64,000 nucleotides of DNA from Octopus sinensis (taxonomy: Eukaryota), in the NCBI RefSeq assembly GCF_006345805.1, contig NC_043013.1:11842001-11906000 (forward strand), read 5' to 3'. Made by a program: the position numbers and the translations under genes. The notes under the pieces were generated by a model. That model had not been told where the DNA came from and did not search any database. It saw nothing but the letters and a program-made list of their open reading frames with translations. This document shows positions 1 to 13,029 of this stretch, in pieces. The stretch's first letter is position 1. Every line of letters starts with the position of its first letter.

Positions 1-161
1 GAATAATAACGGCGATGTGTTCATTGCCGAGGTAATTACAGTGATGTGTTCGATGAGTTTGGCAATGATTGCAGTGATGAGGAAAATGATATCAACAAAT
101 GATGGTGATGATAGACTTGACATCAACGACGATGATGATAAAGATATTGTTGTCGTTGTTA

Positions 162-196
<35 letters not shown>

Positions 197-765
197 GATG
201 ATAATGATGATGTCGATGACGACGATCATGGTGACGGTGATGACGATGACGATGATGACGATGATGATGATGATGAAGATGATCACGATGATAATGTTGG
301 TGGTGATGGTGGTGGTGATGATGAAGATGGTGATGATGATGATAATGGACAATGATGAAGATGACGATGATGATGAAGATGGTGATGATAATGATGATGA
401 TGATGATGATGATAATGATGATGTCGACGACGACGAACATGGTGACGATGATGACGATGACGATGATGACGACGACGATGATGATGATGAGGAGGAGGAG
501 GAGGAGGACGATGATGATGGCGACGACGACGACGAAGATGATGATGAAGATGATGGCGTCAAAGACGACAACAATAATTACCGACGACGGCGATGTTAAA
601 AGGTTTGATAATATTAATGATGCTGAACATGTGAATGCGAGGTAGCGATGGTATCGATGAGGCTCTTCATCACGGTGAACTTCATGATCTTCTCCGATGA
701 AGACCCGCATCATCACCATAACCCTTCTGACGATGAAGATGACGATGATGATGGCTAAGATAACG
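1..765. repeat. Degenerate (GAT/GAC)n trinucleotide low-complexity tract
   Basis: Near-continuous gat/gac/ggt triplets; the overlapping poly-D/M/S/H ORFs are translations of the repeat. Confidence 0.95.
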
Positions 766-1028
766 TTATAAATATTTATCTACTTTTTGCTAATGCTGCT
801 GTTGTTGGTGTTATTGCTGCGGCAGAGGCAGTGCTGGTGGTGGCGGCGCCGATCTCTGTTGCAGTTAATGGTGTTGTTGTTGCTGTTGCTGTTGTTGTAT
901 TAATTTCTCGCATGACAAAGGATGGGTCAGAGTTAATCTACATGAATATATCGGATAAGCTGCAATGAACGCTGATTGCGAAAATTGCACAGTATTGATA
1001 AGTAACGACGTGATGAACAAACTGAAAT

Positions 1029-1062
1029 TAATAATAATAATAATATTGATAATAATAATAAT

Positions 1063-1145
<83 letters not shown>

Positions 1146-1283
1146 TGATGATGATGATGCTGATGCTAATGATGATGATGATAATAATAATAATAATTAT
1201 TATTATTATTATCATCATCATCATCATTATTATCATTATTATTATTTTATTATTATTATTATATATTATTATTATTATTATTA

Positions 1284-1376
<93 letters not shown>

Positions 1377-1395
1377 CATCATCATTATTATTATT
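1029..1395. repeat. (AAT)n directly followed by its complement (ATT)n; inverted microsatellite
   Basis: aat repeats ~1029-1197 switch to tat/att repeats ~1198-1395. Confidence 0.9.
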
Positions 1396-1592
1396 ATGCT
1401 GTTGTTTTTGTTGTTATTATAGCAATAATGATAATATTAATAACAGCAACTACAATATCAATAAATATTAATAAATATGATGATAACAATATGACAACAA
1501 TAACATTAACAATACTGCTTATAATAGTATTAATAACAATATAGATGATGATTTTAGTAATAACTAAATTAATGATAATAATAATCCTTTCT

Positions 1593-1765
1593 AATAAAGG
1601 CCTGGATTTTGTGGGGAAGGGGTACAGTCGAACTCATCGACCCCAGTACTTGGCTGGTACTTAATTTATTGACACTGAGAGGATGAAAGGCAATTTCGAC
1701 CTCGGGGGCATTTGAACTTAGAAGGTGAAGACGGACGAAATGCCGCTAAACATTTCGCCTGGCGG
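1593..1765 (-). mobile_element. tRNA-derived SINE, family A, head-truncated
   Basis: Reverse complement matches the copies at 1766, 37093 and 40899 (B box GTTCAAAT, body GGTCGAC..TTTCATCCT..GGGGTCGAT). Confidence 0.85.
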
Positions 1766-1978
1766 TGGGCTGGCAGAATCGTTAGCACGCCAGGTGAAAT
1801 GCTTAGCGGTATATGGTCTGTCTCCATGTTCTGAGTTCAAATTCCACCGAGGTCGACTTAGTCTTTCATCCTTTCGGGGTCGATAATTTAAGTACCACTT
1901 GCGTATTGGGTTTGATCTAATCGACTGACGTCCTTCTCCAAAATTTCAGGCTTTGTGCCTATAGTAGAAAGGACTATT
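1766..1978 (+). mobile_element. tRNA-derived SINE, family A
   Basis: A-box-like TGGCAGAATCGTTAG, B box GAGTTCAAATTCC, conserved body, tail ending TAGTAGAAAGGACTATTAT. Confidence 0.9.
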
Positions 1979-1989
1979 ATACTTCAACG

Positions 1990-2066
1990 AAGGCGACAAG
2001 CTGGCAGAATCTTTAGCACGCCGGGTGAATTGCTTAACGGTATATCGTCTGTCTTCCTATCTTTAT
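1990..2066 (+). mobile_element. SINE family A 5' fragment
   Basis: AAGGCGACAAGCTGGCAGAATCTTTAGCACGCCGGG head only. Confidence 0.8.
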
Positions 2067-2235
2067 AGATGAGGCGAAATCGTTCAATAGCAAATAGCTT
2101 TTACGTTATCGGTATACAACTTGCAGCTAATGTATTTCTTGTAAAGGATCCCCTTTAAAAGGTGTGTATCACATAATACTTGTCCTTAAAGTATACTTCA
2201 AAACTAGGCGATACGAAGTTGCCGCGGAAGGTAAG

Positions 2236-2287
2236 CGACCCACATATATCGATATTTCGGAGATTTTTTTCTGCTCATCAGTGTCGA
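2236..2287 (-). ncRNA. Candidate type I hammerhead ribozyme motif
   Basis: Minus strand reads CGACA-CUGAUGA-GCAGA(A6)UCUCC-GAAA-UAUCGAUA-UA/UGUGGGUCG: intact core, stem II 4/5 bp, palindromic stem III, short stem I. Confidence 0.5.
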
Positions 2288-2404
2288 ATATGCATGCTCC
2301 TCTTCTGAAACGAATCCATCATGGCCAGCTAGAATTGCATACCAATAACGTAAAATATATTTGCTTATGCGTGATTTCATTTCATCTATGAGGATAGTCA
2401 GACA

Positions 2405-2558
<154 letters not shown>

Positions 2559-3587
2559 AACACACGGGGTGAAGAGATCGAAAACGAGAGAGAAACTGAA
2601 AAGATTGTAACATCACACTCCAGATTCAATATCGCAGTTCTGAAATAAAAATTCTTCAACCAATGTTACTTCAGTACTTCTCATACTTGGAGTTGTAGGC
2701 TTCTCTCAAATATAATGTATATCGATTGCCCATTATAAGAAGATTTTTTTTTTATTGGAGACAAGATCAAAAATTTGGTGAAGACTTTAAGAATTTCTTG
2801 ATGGCCGTTTTATTTTTCTATATAAAATCATTGATAACTATTTTGAGAATTAACTGAAAAACAGAACGATGCTAGCATATAGTTCATTATGTTTGTAGTT
2901 GCTAAACCATTTCCATATAACAGAGAGAATCTACCTCAAATTTCTCACCAAAATTGTATTTTAAAATGAATATAGAACCGAAAGAAAACATAGGAATGAG
3001 TACACCCCAGATATTTTGTTTGAAGATGAAGACAGTATAATCACGAGTGGAACGGATTTGATTTAACGGTATGTTTTCTCGGTCAGCACTGACCTGGTGC
3101 TAAATAACAATAAGAACAACTCCAACAACAATAACAACAACAAGGAGTCGTAGCAGGGTCACTTCTTTGACTCAATGAGACACCACTGATTGATGCAAAC
3201 AATAACGTCAATACTATTAAGTGACTAGGCACAGATGCCAGACACTAGATAACTCAAATAAACGGAAATTAAATTTTCTTTTTAGATATATTTATTTTTC
3301 TTTCATCTGACGCTTGATAATGTATGAAGTCAGGAGAAGTGGGGAAGGGTGTCTTCTTATGATCCATTTCTCCTAAAGATAATTTCTCCTTGTTTTTCCT
3401 TTAGCGTCCCCCGACTTTTTTTTTTTTTTTGGCTTCTAAGCTTCAGTTCCTCCATAGGGCTCCTGCAGTTGTTAATGTTATTCTTTTATAATTTGGCTGG
3501 TTTTAGTCACTCAACTGCGCATCATGCTGCAGAACCAGATTCAAGTTTCTTCATTTTTCCTCTTTCTTTCTTTCTCTTTTACTTCTT

Positions 3588-3838
3588 ACAGTTGTTCGAT
3601 AGTGGCCGTGTTGGGGCACCGTAATGAAGTGTTTAGTTGAACAAATCGACCTATATTTAAGTCTGGTACTTATTCTATCGAGCAATGTTGCTGAACTGCT
3701 TGGATATCAGAACGTAAATAAATCAATACGTGTTGTCAAGCGGTGAAGGAGAAGAAAACACACACACACACATTCTTTTATTCGTTTATTCTTTTACTTG
3801 TTTCAGTCATTTGACTACGGCCATGCCGTGGCACCTCC
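3588..3838 (-). mobile_element. SINE family B (CORE-like) 3' fragments
   Basis: TTTTACTTGTTTCAGTCATTTGACTACGGCCATGC is the reverse complement of the tail of the full copy at 9194-9615. Confidence 0.8.
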
Positions 3839-3849
3839 TTGACTGTCAA

Positions 3850-4850
3850 ATGGAACTGTCAAAGCGCGATATTCGAGCAATTTTGCTATTCAAATTCAAA
3901 ATAGGACGTAAGGTCAACTGGAAAATGGTTTAAATGATTTCGCAGTGGAGACCTGAGCCTTGAAAATCTTGAGTGTAGTGGACGCGCATCTGTCAATGAA
4001 AGACCGTCATTTAGAAAGATCCACGTAAAACCACTTGAGAACTGGCAAAAGAACTTCAGGTTAGCCAGAAAACTGCCTGCCACCATTGGCACGCGATTGG
4101 AAAATCAAAAAAGCTTGACAAATAGGAACAAAATTTGAAGGAAAATCAGAAAATGGGCAGATATGAAAGTTGCTCATCGCTTCTTCTGCATAACCAGATC
4201 GATCCATTTCTCAACCCTATTGCAACTTGTGATGAAAGCATTATGTACAATAATGAAAAAAACGTTCTTCGCAGTGGTTGGACCAAAATGAAACACCGAA
4301 AACCTTCCCTAAACCCAGACTCTTCAAAAAGAATGTTATGTTGGCTGTTTGGTGGTGAAATGCTCGACTCATCCACTATAACTTATTAAACCCAGGAAAA
4401 ACCAATACTGCAGAAACATATTGTCATGAAACTGCCAAAAATGAACGAAAAACTGCTACTCCACCGTCCTCCACTGGTCAACAGAAGAGGGCCACTTATG
4501 GCACTTCAGAAGTTGAGGGAACTTGACTACGAAGTTCTTCCCCTCTCAGTTTATTTTCCAGACCTTTCTCCTGCCGACTACCACTTTTTTCAAGCACTAC
4601 TGATGGAGGAATTCCAAGAGAGAGAAGGAGTTTCAAAATCAAACCGGTGCTGAAAATGCATTGAAAGAGTTCGCCAGCTCCAGAACTCCACATTTTTATG
4701 TTACCGGAATAAACAAACTTGTAACTCGTTGGCAAAAATGTGTTGATTGTGTTGATGCTGACTTTGTCGATTAATTTCTGCATTATTGAAATATATTGTG
4801 ATGAATTTTATGTTTCAAAACGTTGCTTACTTTTTACTCAGCCTGGTATA
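3850..4850 (+). pseudogene. Decayed mariner transposase (Hsmar1/SETMAR-like) with right TIR
   Basis: MELSKRDIRAILLFKFK N-terminus, FLNPIATCDES (first catalytic D), YFPDLSPADYHFF (YSPDL motif), GINKLVTRWQKCVD C-terminus, stop at 4772-4774, TIR-like end ...TACTTTTTACTCAGCCTGGTATA; many frameshifts, left TIR absent. Confidence 0.93.
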
Positions 4851-4877
4851 TATATATATATACTTTTTACTCAGCCT

Positions 4878-4949
<72 letters not shown>

Positions 4950-5049
4950 TGTATGTATGTGTGTATATATATGTATGTATGTGTGTATGTATGTATGTAT
5001 GTACGTACGTATGTATATATAGTGAAAGAGTGAGAGAGTTGAAGTAAAC

Positions 5050-5230
5050 AAAAGTTGGGGGTTAGTGAATAACAAACATGTGTATCGGTTTAACGCTCAG
5101 GGAGAATGGGAAAGTCTTTCAGGTTTCGAGCCTGCAATTTTCAGCAGAAACTATTGAGAGGAAAAAAAAATGAAGAGAGAAAGAAAAAGAAACGGAAGAA
5201 GAAATATATGTGGGGATTAAAGGTTCAACA
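5050..5230 (-). mobile_element. Penelope-like pLTR-type fragment with degenerate HHR motif
   Basis: Minus strand TTT-CUGCUGA-A..GCAGGCUC-GAAA-CCUG-AAAGAC; homologous to 28960-29155. Confidence 0.55.
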
Positions 5231-5837
5231 CGATGTATGCATGCCTGTGTGCATGGATGTGTGTGCGTATGTGAGAGAAAGAGAGAAAATAGAGTGGTGC
5301 GTGTGTTCGTGTGTGTGCACCTGTGTGTGTGTGTGTACCTGTGTGTGTGTGCACCTGTGTGTGTGTGCACTTGTTTGTGTGTGCACCTGTGTGTGTGTAT
5401 GCGTGTGCGCATGTACATATATATCAAACACGAAAGAGAGCATCGCATCATAGAGACGTTACTTGAAGGAACTCGGTGAAATGCTTTCTTGAAATGTTTT
5501 TTTTTTTTTTCAAATATCGCCTTAATACTTGGAAATCTGATTCACGTGAGCCAGATTTAAGGAGGAAAAATACTTTGTTCCAAATTTTATTCGATATGCA
5601 CGAGTTGATAAAAATTCCTCACCGCCTTCAAAATAATTAAATGCTGAAATATACAGTCATACATACATGCTTGCATGCATACATACGTACATACATACAT
5701 ACGTACATACATACATGCATGCATGCATGCATACACACATACATATATACATACACACATGCATACATACATACATACTTACATACATACATGCATACAT
5801 ACATACATACATACATACATACATACATTAATACACG

Positions 5838-5871
<34 letters not shown>

Positions 5872-5975
5872 CATACTTGCATACTTAAGTACATTCATAC
5901 ACTCATACATGCATACATGCATATACACATACATACATATATGCATGCATGTATACATACATACATACAATTTAG
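5230..5975. repeat. (TG)n and (TACA)n microsatellite blocks
   Basis: Directly visible. Confidence 0.9.
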
Positions 5976-5984
5976 GGTGGTATA

Positions 5985-6934
5985 AAAAAAATGACGTGGA
6001 GTCACTGTTGAAACATACGAAGAAGGCCGGCGTCAACAAGACTGAAATTGTATAATGAAAGAAAATTTAAACAGAAAATGAACACACAATAAAGAAAAAC
6101 GTGCAAGGAAAAAATTTACGGTAAGTTTTCAAGAGATGTGAACGCGAAGATAGATATAGAAGACCGGTGGCTATGGATGAGAAGTGACGAAAAGACAGAG
6201 ACAGAAGCACTCATATGCGTAGCTTAAGAACAAGCGTTACGGACCAACTATGTGAAGTTCAGAATAGACAACGTTACCAACAGCGACAAATGCCGAATGT
6301 GTGGTGAGAGGAGTGAACCGATATGGCACATCGTCAGCAAGTGCCCGAAATTGGTACAACAGGAGTATAAAAGACGCCATAACAATGTGGCAAGAATGAT
6401 CTATTTTGGAGCTTTGTGGAAATCGTGCTCCTCAAAGAGCGAAGACGTGGTAGGAGCAAACCCCAGAAGGAGTCACTGAAAATGAGAATTGCAAAATCCT
6501 GTGGTATACAATGAACCAGTGCGATCACCTGACCAGACATCGGAAACAGGACATGGTTGTGGTGAATAAAAGAGCAAGAATATGCGTGATAATCGATATA
6601 GCATGCCCCGGTGACAATAGGATTAATGTAAAAGAAAAAGAAAAACAAGAAACAATGATGATTTGAAGTGGGAAATTCGGAGTTTGTGGTCCCTGGGGAG
6701 AGTTGATGTGCTACCAATAGTAATTGGCACGCTTGGGACTATCAGCCCTCAGCTACCAACATGGTTTAAAAGATTGGTGCATGTGTGAAGATAGAACACC
6801 TATAAAAATCAGCATTGCTCGGAAGTACACGAGTTCTTCACAGAGCTCTTGAAGCATGACCAGTAAAAAAGTGTCACGTGGACAGCTGACACTTTCCATC
6901 ATACCCAGCAAAATAAAATGTGAGGTTTCATCCC

Positions 6935-6935
<1 letters not shown>
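5985..6935 (+). mobile_element. 5'-truncated R4/Dong-clade non-LTR retrotransposon (zinc knuckle plus REL endonuclease) with (TAA)n tail
   Basis: CRMCGERSEPIWHIVSKC (CCHC), EYKRRHNNVAR, RKQDMVVV..IIDIACPGD (PD..D REL motif), PIVIGTLG; followed by (TAA)n 6935-7000; stops and frameshifts present. Confidence 0.88.
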
Positions 6936-7004
<69 letters not shown>

Positions 7005-7099
7005 TAACAACAACAACAACAACAATGATAATAATGATTATATTAAATTTTAATAATAATAATATTAACAATAATAATAATTACCATAAAAATAAAAAT

Positions 7100-7670
7100 T
7101 AGAATTAAACGAAGAAATAACATGGGAGAGGCACTTAAATTGGCAAATATTAAAGAGAAAAACAATAGAAATTGAAAGAAAATTAAAAAATGAAGTCGTA
7201 GAACATATGAAATTAGAAAGAAAGAAAGAAACAAGGGAAGAAAGACCGAAAGAGAAAAGACATGAGAGAATGGAAGGCCGAATGAATAAGAGAAGACATT
7301 TAAAAAATAAAGACAAATAACATGAGAGATGGAGAGAATGAAAGAAAAGAAAGCACGATTGAATGACGGAAAAACACTGAACTAAAGAAAGAGACAGGAA
7401 CAAAGAAAGAAAGAAAGAATGAAAGAAAGAAAGGAAAGAAAAATGAATGAAAGAAAGACAGAAAAGAAGACAGGAAGAAAGAAGTAAAGAAAGAAAGAAA
7501 GAAAGAAAGAAAAAGATGAATGAAAGAAAGACAGAAAAGAAGACAGGAACAAAGAAAGAAAGAAAGGAAAGAAGACTGAATGAAAGAAAGACAGAAAAGA
7601 AGAAAGGAAGAAAGAAGTAAAGAAAGAGTGTGTAGATGTATAGAGAAAGATGGAAAGAATGCGCCCCTCC
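7100..7670. repeat. Purine-rich (GAAA)n-derived tract with internal ~110-bp duplication
   Basis: Almost all A/G on the + strand; AGACAGAAAAGAAGACAGGAA recurs. Confidence 0.85.
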
Positions 7671-8019
7671 CCCCAAAAAAAAAGAAAAATAGGCCGTTTG
7701 ATGTTTGGCCCTTTTTTGATTGATATATTGTCCCAAGCTGGTCATGTCGTTAAAGGACTGCTACCATTGCTGGACTGCTACCATTGCTGAATGCATCCGG
7801 TCAGTTATTTATCACCTTTGTAAATATGCAGATATTTATACTCACATACAAACACTCACGGACAAACGTACACACGCACGCACACACAAATATGTCTGCG
7901 TACATGTGTGTGTGCGAGTGTGTGTGTGTGAGAGAGAGCGTGTGCATATATACACATACATCCATAAATACATATACACACATATAAACGTATTTTTTTA
8001 CTAGTTTTGTTTTTGTTAG

Positions 8020-8230
8020 TTTTTACTTGCTTCAGTCATTAGACAGCAGCCATGCTGGGGCATTGGCTTCAAGAATTTTTAGTCAAAAAAAAAACCACAC
8101 TACTTATTTTTCTAAAAACCCTGCTGCTGCTGCTGCTGCTGCTTCTGTCGGTCCTTTTTGTCAAACGGCTAATGTTATGGGGACATAAATAAAACAAGAC
8201 AGGTTGTCCAGGTGTGTTGTTGGCGGAAAA
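8020..8230 (-). mobile_element. SINE family B 3' fragment
   Basis: CTTCAGTCATTAGACAGCAGCCATGCTGGGGC tail and body in reverse orientation. Confidence 0.75.
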
Positions 8231-8232
8231 AG

Positions 8233-8297
<65 letters not shown>

Positions 8298-8344
8298 GAC
8301 ACACACACACATACATATATACATACATACATAAAAAGAAAAAG

Positions 8345-8775
8345 AAAAATACCCACGGAAAAGAAAATACCTACGATGAACTATCCAGAAATTTGCAGTT
8401 ACTCTATCCAGATTACAATTTCAGGTTTATATCTGTAATTATTGGGGCACTGGGATATGTAACACACTGCCCTAAATACCAATCGTGAGAAATTAGGGTT
8501 CTTAAAATCACAGAGGAGGAAGCTGATTCGAAGATCTAGTCCATCACTGGAACTGTATGAACCTGTAAAACTGTCCAGAAGTATATCATTTAAGTAAATA
8601 TCAGTGTACATATGCAATTATATGCATGAGATTACATGCAGAAAATAAAACACACAAATTTGCATATATGCATACATACATACAAAAATACCGTGTTGGT
8701 GTTGATGTTCCAATGAAGGATCCTTGGATCTGGGTTCGAAACCGACTCTTTCTCTACTGGCAAAAAATCTTGAAA
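8345..8775 (+). mobile_element. 3' fragment of a second REL-type non-LTR retrotransposon with 3' UTR
   Basis: KENTYDELSRNLQLLYPDYNFRFISVIIGALGYV fits the K..Y..L / PIIIGALG end of REL endonucleases. Confidence 0.6.
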
Positions 8776-8816
8776 TAAAACTGAATAACGATATACTTAC
8801 ATGTGGCTGTGTGTAT

Positions 8817-9880
8817 AGGCGCTGGCGTGGGTGTGATAAGAAGTTTGCTTCCCAACCACATAGTTCCAGATTCAGTCGTACTGCGTGGCACCAAGGACAA
8901 GTGTAAATATCTTCTTCTCTAGCACCACGTCGAATAAAGCTTTGTGAGTGGATTTGGTAGACGGATACTGAAAGAAGCCCGTGAAAGAAGTTTGAGTATA
9001 TATATATATATATATCGGTTCGGCAAAAGAGACCGATAGAATAAGTACTGGGCTTACAAAGAATGTCCCAGGGTTGAGTTGCTCGACTAAAAGCGGTGCT
9101 CCAGCATGGCCGCAGTCAACTGACTGAAGCAAGTAAGAGTAAAGAGTAAGAGTAAATATATACACACACACACACACTCACACATATATATTTAGGCGCA
9201 GGAATCTCTGTGTGGTAAGTAGATTGCTTACCAACCACATGGTTCCGGTTTCAGACCCACTGTGTGGCACCTTTGGCAAGTGTCTTCTACTATAATCTCA
9301 GGCCGACCAAAGCCTTGTGAGTGGATTTGGTAGGCAGAAACTGAAAGAAGCCCGTTCATATATATGTATATGTATATGTGTGTGTGTTTGTGTGTCGGTG
9401 TTTGTCCCCACCAACATCGCTTGACAACCGATGCTGGTGTGTTTACGTCCCCGTAACTTAGCGGCTTGGCAAAAGAGACCGATAGAATAAGTACTAGGCT
9501 TAAAAAGACTAGTATTTATTCTTATACTAAGTCCTGGGTTCTATTTGCTAAACTAAAGGCGGTGCTCCAGCATGGCCGCAGTCAAATGACTGAAACAAGT
9601 AAAAGTTTAAAAGAGTATATACACGCACATACATATGTGTGTCTGCACGCGCGCGCGTGTGCGTCTGTATGTGTGCTTGTCCCGTGTTTGTCCCCCACCG
9701 CCACTTGACAACCGATGTGGTATATATACGTTCCCGCAACTTAGCGGTTAGGTAAAAAAAGACTGACAGAATAAGTACTAGGCTTTAAAAAATTTGGACT
9801 GGGTTCGATTAGTTCGAGTGAAAATTCACGAAGACGGTCCTCCAGCATGGCCGCAGTTTGATGACTGAAACAAACAAAGG
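8817..9880 (+). mobile_element. Three tandem family B CORE-like SINEs (8817-9155, 9194-9615 full length, 9670-9880 3' part)
   Basis: tRNA-like head AGGCGCAGGA..TGTGTGGTAAG..GGTTCCGG, CORE-like GTGGCACCTTTGGCAAGTGTCTT, internal (TA/TG)n, tail CCAGCATGGCCGCAGTCAAATGACTGAAACAAG. Confidence 0.88.
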
Positions 9881-11093
9881 GTACTTTAACAATGTCAATT
9901 TTTTTAAATAGAAAAAGGTATTAACCTAGGCATCGAGACAGGAATCAAATAATTGGAAGAGAACCTCCACACATAGACGTACTTATGATTAGAGGAAAGA
10001 TATATTCAGAACTAAAGAAAAGAATTAGTAGATGGCGACTATTTTGACGCTTGAGAAATCTCTAATCCAGTCGTGACTATAAAGTACAATTTTGATGCAA
10101 TAAACCGGATGGCTGGAGAAATTTTGATCTTGATAAGAAAAACCAAAAAATTTTCAGAAATCTTTTGTAAGATGTAGACAGAGATATATTGGATCTACTA
10201 GAAGAATAGGGAGAAAAGAACTTGGTAGGAATAGTAAAATAGTGCAAAGTAAGCATCATTTGTAGGGATTCTAAAGACATGCAAATATCGACAGATTATC
10301 TGAATGAAGAGATATGGACATGAATGAAACAAATATATTTTTTGTTGCAACCTAATTTCGCTGAGACGAAGTGTTTAGATAAGGACAGAAAAGTGATAAA
10401 AATAAAACGGAAATTTTAAAGAATATACATGGAAACTAAAAAGATAAGGAAAAGTCATTCACATGGTCAGTTTTCTGTGAGATTTCACAGAGGAAGTAAG
10501 CTAATAAATAAGTTGACAATGGCTCGAAATCCCTAGCTTTCATGCAGAAAGGGTTTGTTCGATTTTATCTGAATGACTTCAGTGTATAGCCTCTTACAGA
10601 TATAACCAAGATTAAGAATAAATAAATAAATTAATTAATAAGAGGTTAACCTCAAATCCAGGCAGCACTATACTAATGACAAATGTTTTATTAATTTCAT
10701 TGTAAACGTGTGTGGTGTAGAATTCATGACTTTAAATGGTATATAAGCCGTAGAAATATTATACTCCCGTCGTCTCACCAGGCTGTTAAAATATGAAGCA
10801 ATTGTTCTTCAGTATATCATTAGCAAAGAAATAAGAACAAAAGCCAGATATGCAAACTTTAATAAGTAGTACAACCTTCTTATAAACAATAGCAAAATAA
10901 TGAAGTGAAAGTACAGATAATATAATTTGTACAATACAAAGGATTAAAATATATCACAAACAATTTAACAAATCCAATGTTCATAACTATATATATATAT
11001 ATATAATATAATATAATATTATGGAGTATATCTAAACTTACAGGGAAGAATTAGTTGCCTAATAGTGGTTTTGTCTCTAATTTAATTTACATA

Positions 11094-11199
<106 letters not shown>

Positions 11200-12002
11200 T
11201 TATGGCCTTTAGATTTGTTAAAATATGTTTATGATATATTTTAGTTTCTAAAAGCAAAATACCTGCAATTACCGAGGAGAAAAAAATTCTCTCTCATGGT
11301 CAATGATGTAAAAACATCATATCAGACCAGGGCGTTGCCCTCACGTCAGTTTCTGGCTCTTTAGTTTACCCCAATGGCAGATACCGAAGGGAGATAATCC
11401 TCAGCAGATTAAAAAAATAACAACAAAAAAACAGTCAGCATCAGTAATCAAGTTGCGCTGTCAGGCCACCTGGTCGGGATAAATATAGCAACATCAGCGC
11501 CAAGAAGTGATTAGGAATTAATTAACTTTAGGTTAATGAAAGTATGTTCCTGTCACGTTTTAGCCTCTAAAAGCAAATTCACTCCAGTTACGAGGAGAGA
11601 AATTTGCTCTTATAGTAAAAGGTGTTAAAAAATACCATATCTCCACAGTGCTCCCACTGTTGGATTCCCAGACGCGATATGGTGTAGACATGGACAAATC
11701 AGCTTTGAACATAATTTTTCCTTATTTGTGGCTAAATATAAATAAAATACATGAACAAAGAGACATAACAGGATGAGAGCCACATCTTGGTAGATGATAA
11801 CCGTTTGATATTGAACCTGATTAGAATTACTTTCATCTTTGCATGTCCAAGGATATCCGTCACTTTAGAATTTTATAAAATAGAAAATGGTTCAAGTGAG
11901 ATGTTCAGCAAGTCATTGGACTTATGTGACAGAAAACTTGAACATTACTCTGACCATTCTCTCGATCAGTTTCACCGCGCAGTACTTTAGGCAAGTAAAT
12001 AT

Positions 12003-12230
12003 TCATAGTGAATTTGGTGGGCGAAAACTATATGGAAGCCCATCGTATATGTGTGCGCGTTTGTCACCACTACTCGACAACTGGTGTTGGTTTCTTTACG
12101 TCCATCTAACTTAGCGGTTAGGCTCAAGAGACCGATGAAACAAAAATTGGGCCCAATTTTTTCGACTAGACACTTCCATGCGCAGTTCCTGCATGGTCGT
12201 ATTCTAGTGACTAAAACAAGCAAAAGAGAA
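12003..12230 (+). mobile_element. Degenerate SINE family B 3' part
   Basis: AACTTAGCGGTTAGGCTCAAGAGACCGAT...TGACTAAAACAAG. Confidence 0.7.
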
Positions 12231-12363
12231 ACTATCTATCTGTGTGTGTATATGTATATATCTGCATCACTGTGTATATATAAATATATGTATGCGTACA
12301 CACACACATATATACCTTTATACATATATACTTTATTAGATATATATATATATATACACACAT

Positions 12364-12400
<37 letters not shown>

Positions 12401-12795
12401 CATATATATACATATATACATACATACAGATATACACTGTATTTAAAAACTCATGTGATCACCTTTGATCATAAGTGTACTCGATCATAGCTGACCTGTG
12501 GCTAATCAACTACAACAACAAAATCAAATAAAATACGCAAAAAAATAGAATAGAAGAAAGAATTATATTTAAAACAAAAACCAAAATGGCAAATGATTAA
12601 TCGATCTTATTTTCTTACACTTATTTACGTTTCAATGGCCAAAGTTATTATATAAGTATTTTCATTTTAATATTGTCGGTTTAGTGCATTATTTGTCAGT
12701 GATTTTTTCGAAATTAGTCCAGTTTTTTAGTTTAGTCACGTATTTGTTGCGAAATGCTATTGTTTAGTATATTGACCTTGTTTCTGTGATATTAG

Positions 12796-12855
12796 GAAAA
12801 TTGGTTATAGAATCCGGAATGTCTGTGGAATTAGCTGGCAGTGATTACGACTTAC
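12796..12855 (+). CDS. Candidate 60-nt coding exon, (G)KLVIESGMSVELAGSDYDL(H), unknown gene
   Basis: Acceptor GACCTTGTTTCTGTGATATTAG, donor C|GTGCGT, open frame, phase 1-1; phase-compatible with 15928. Confidence 0.33.
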
Positions 12856-13029
12856 GTGCGTGAGGAAAAAAAAAAGCAAGTAGTTCGTTCAGTACACTTA
12901 AAATTTATCCGCTAGTTGCTTGTAAAATACTTATAGCTACATCTGTCTGTCTATCAGGTTGTCTCTATGTCTGTATGTATGTATATATGTCTGTATGTAT
13001 GTATGCGTGTGTATAACCGCCCCTGAATT

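Noticed and set aside
2192-2230. Possible exon ending in the strong donor AAG|GTAAGC, phase-compatible with 12796
   Set aside because: Lies within what appears to be an antisense HHR-bearing repeat fragment; acceptor ambiguous
3340-3560. Possible RTE ORF2 remnant on the minus strand (GTLKEKQGEIIF)
   Set aside because: Too short and degenerate to support a call
8705-8750. HHR-like CCAATGA-A-GGATCC..GAAACCGACTC in a LINE 3' UTR
   Set aside because: Core has two mismatches, stem II does not close on GAAA, no stem I
9915-10330. Purine-rich complex segment that might be a decayed ORF
   Set aside because: Stops in all frames and no recognisable motif
11345-11410. Minus-strand CUGAGGA with flanking UCUG/CAGA
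   Set aside because: No proper stem II-GAAA junction or UH site
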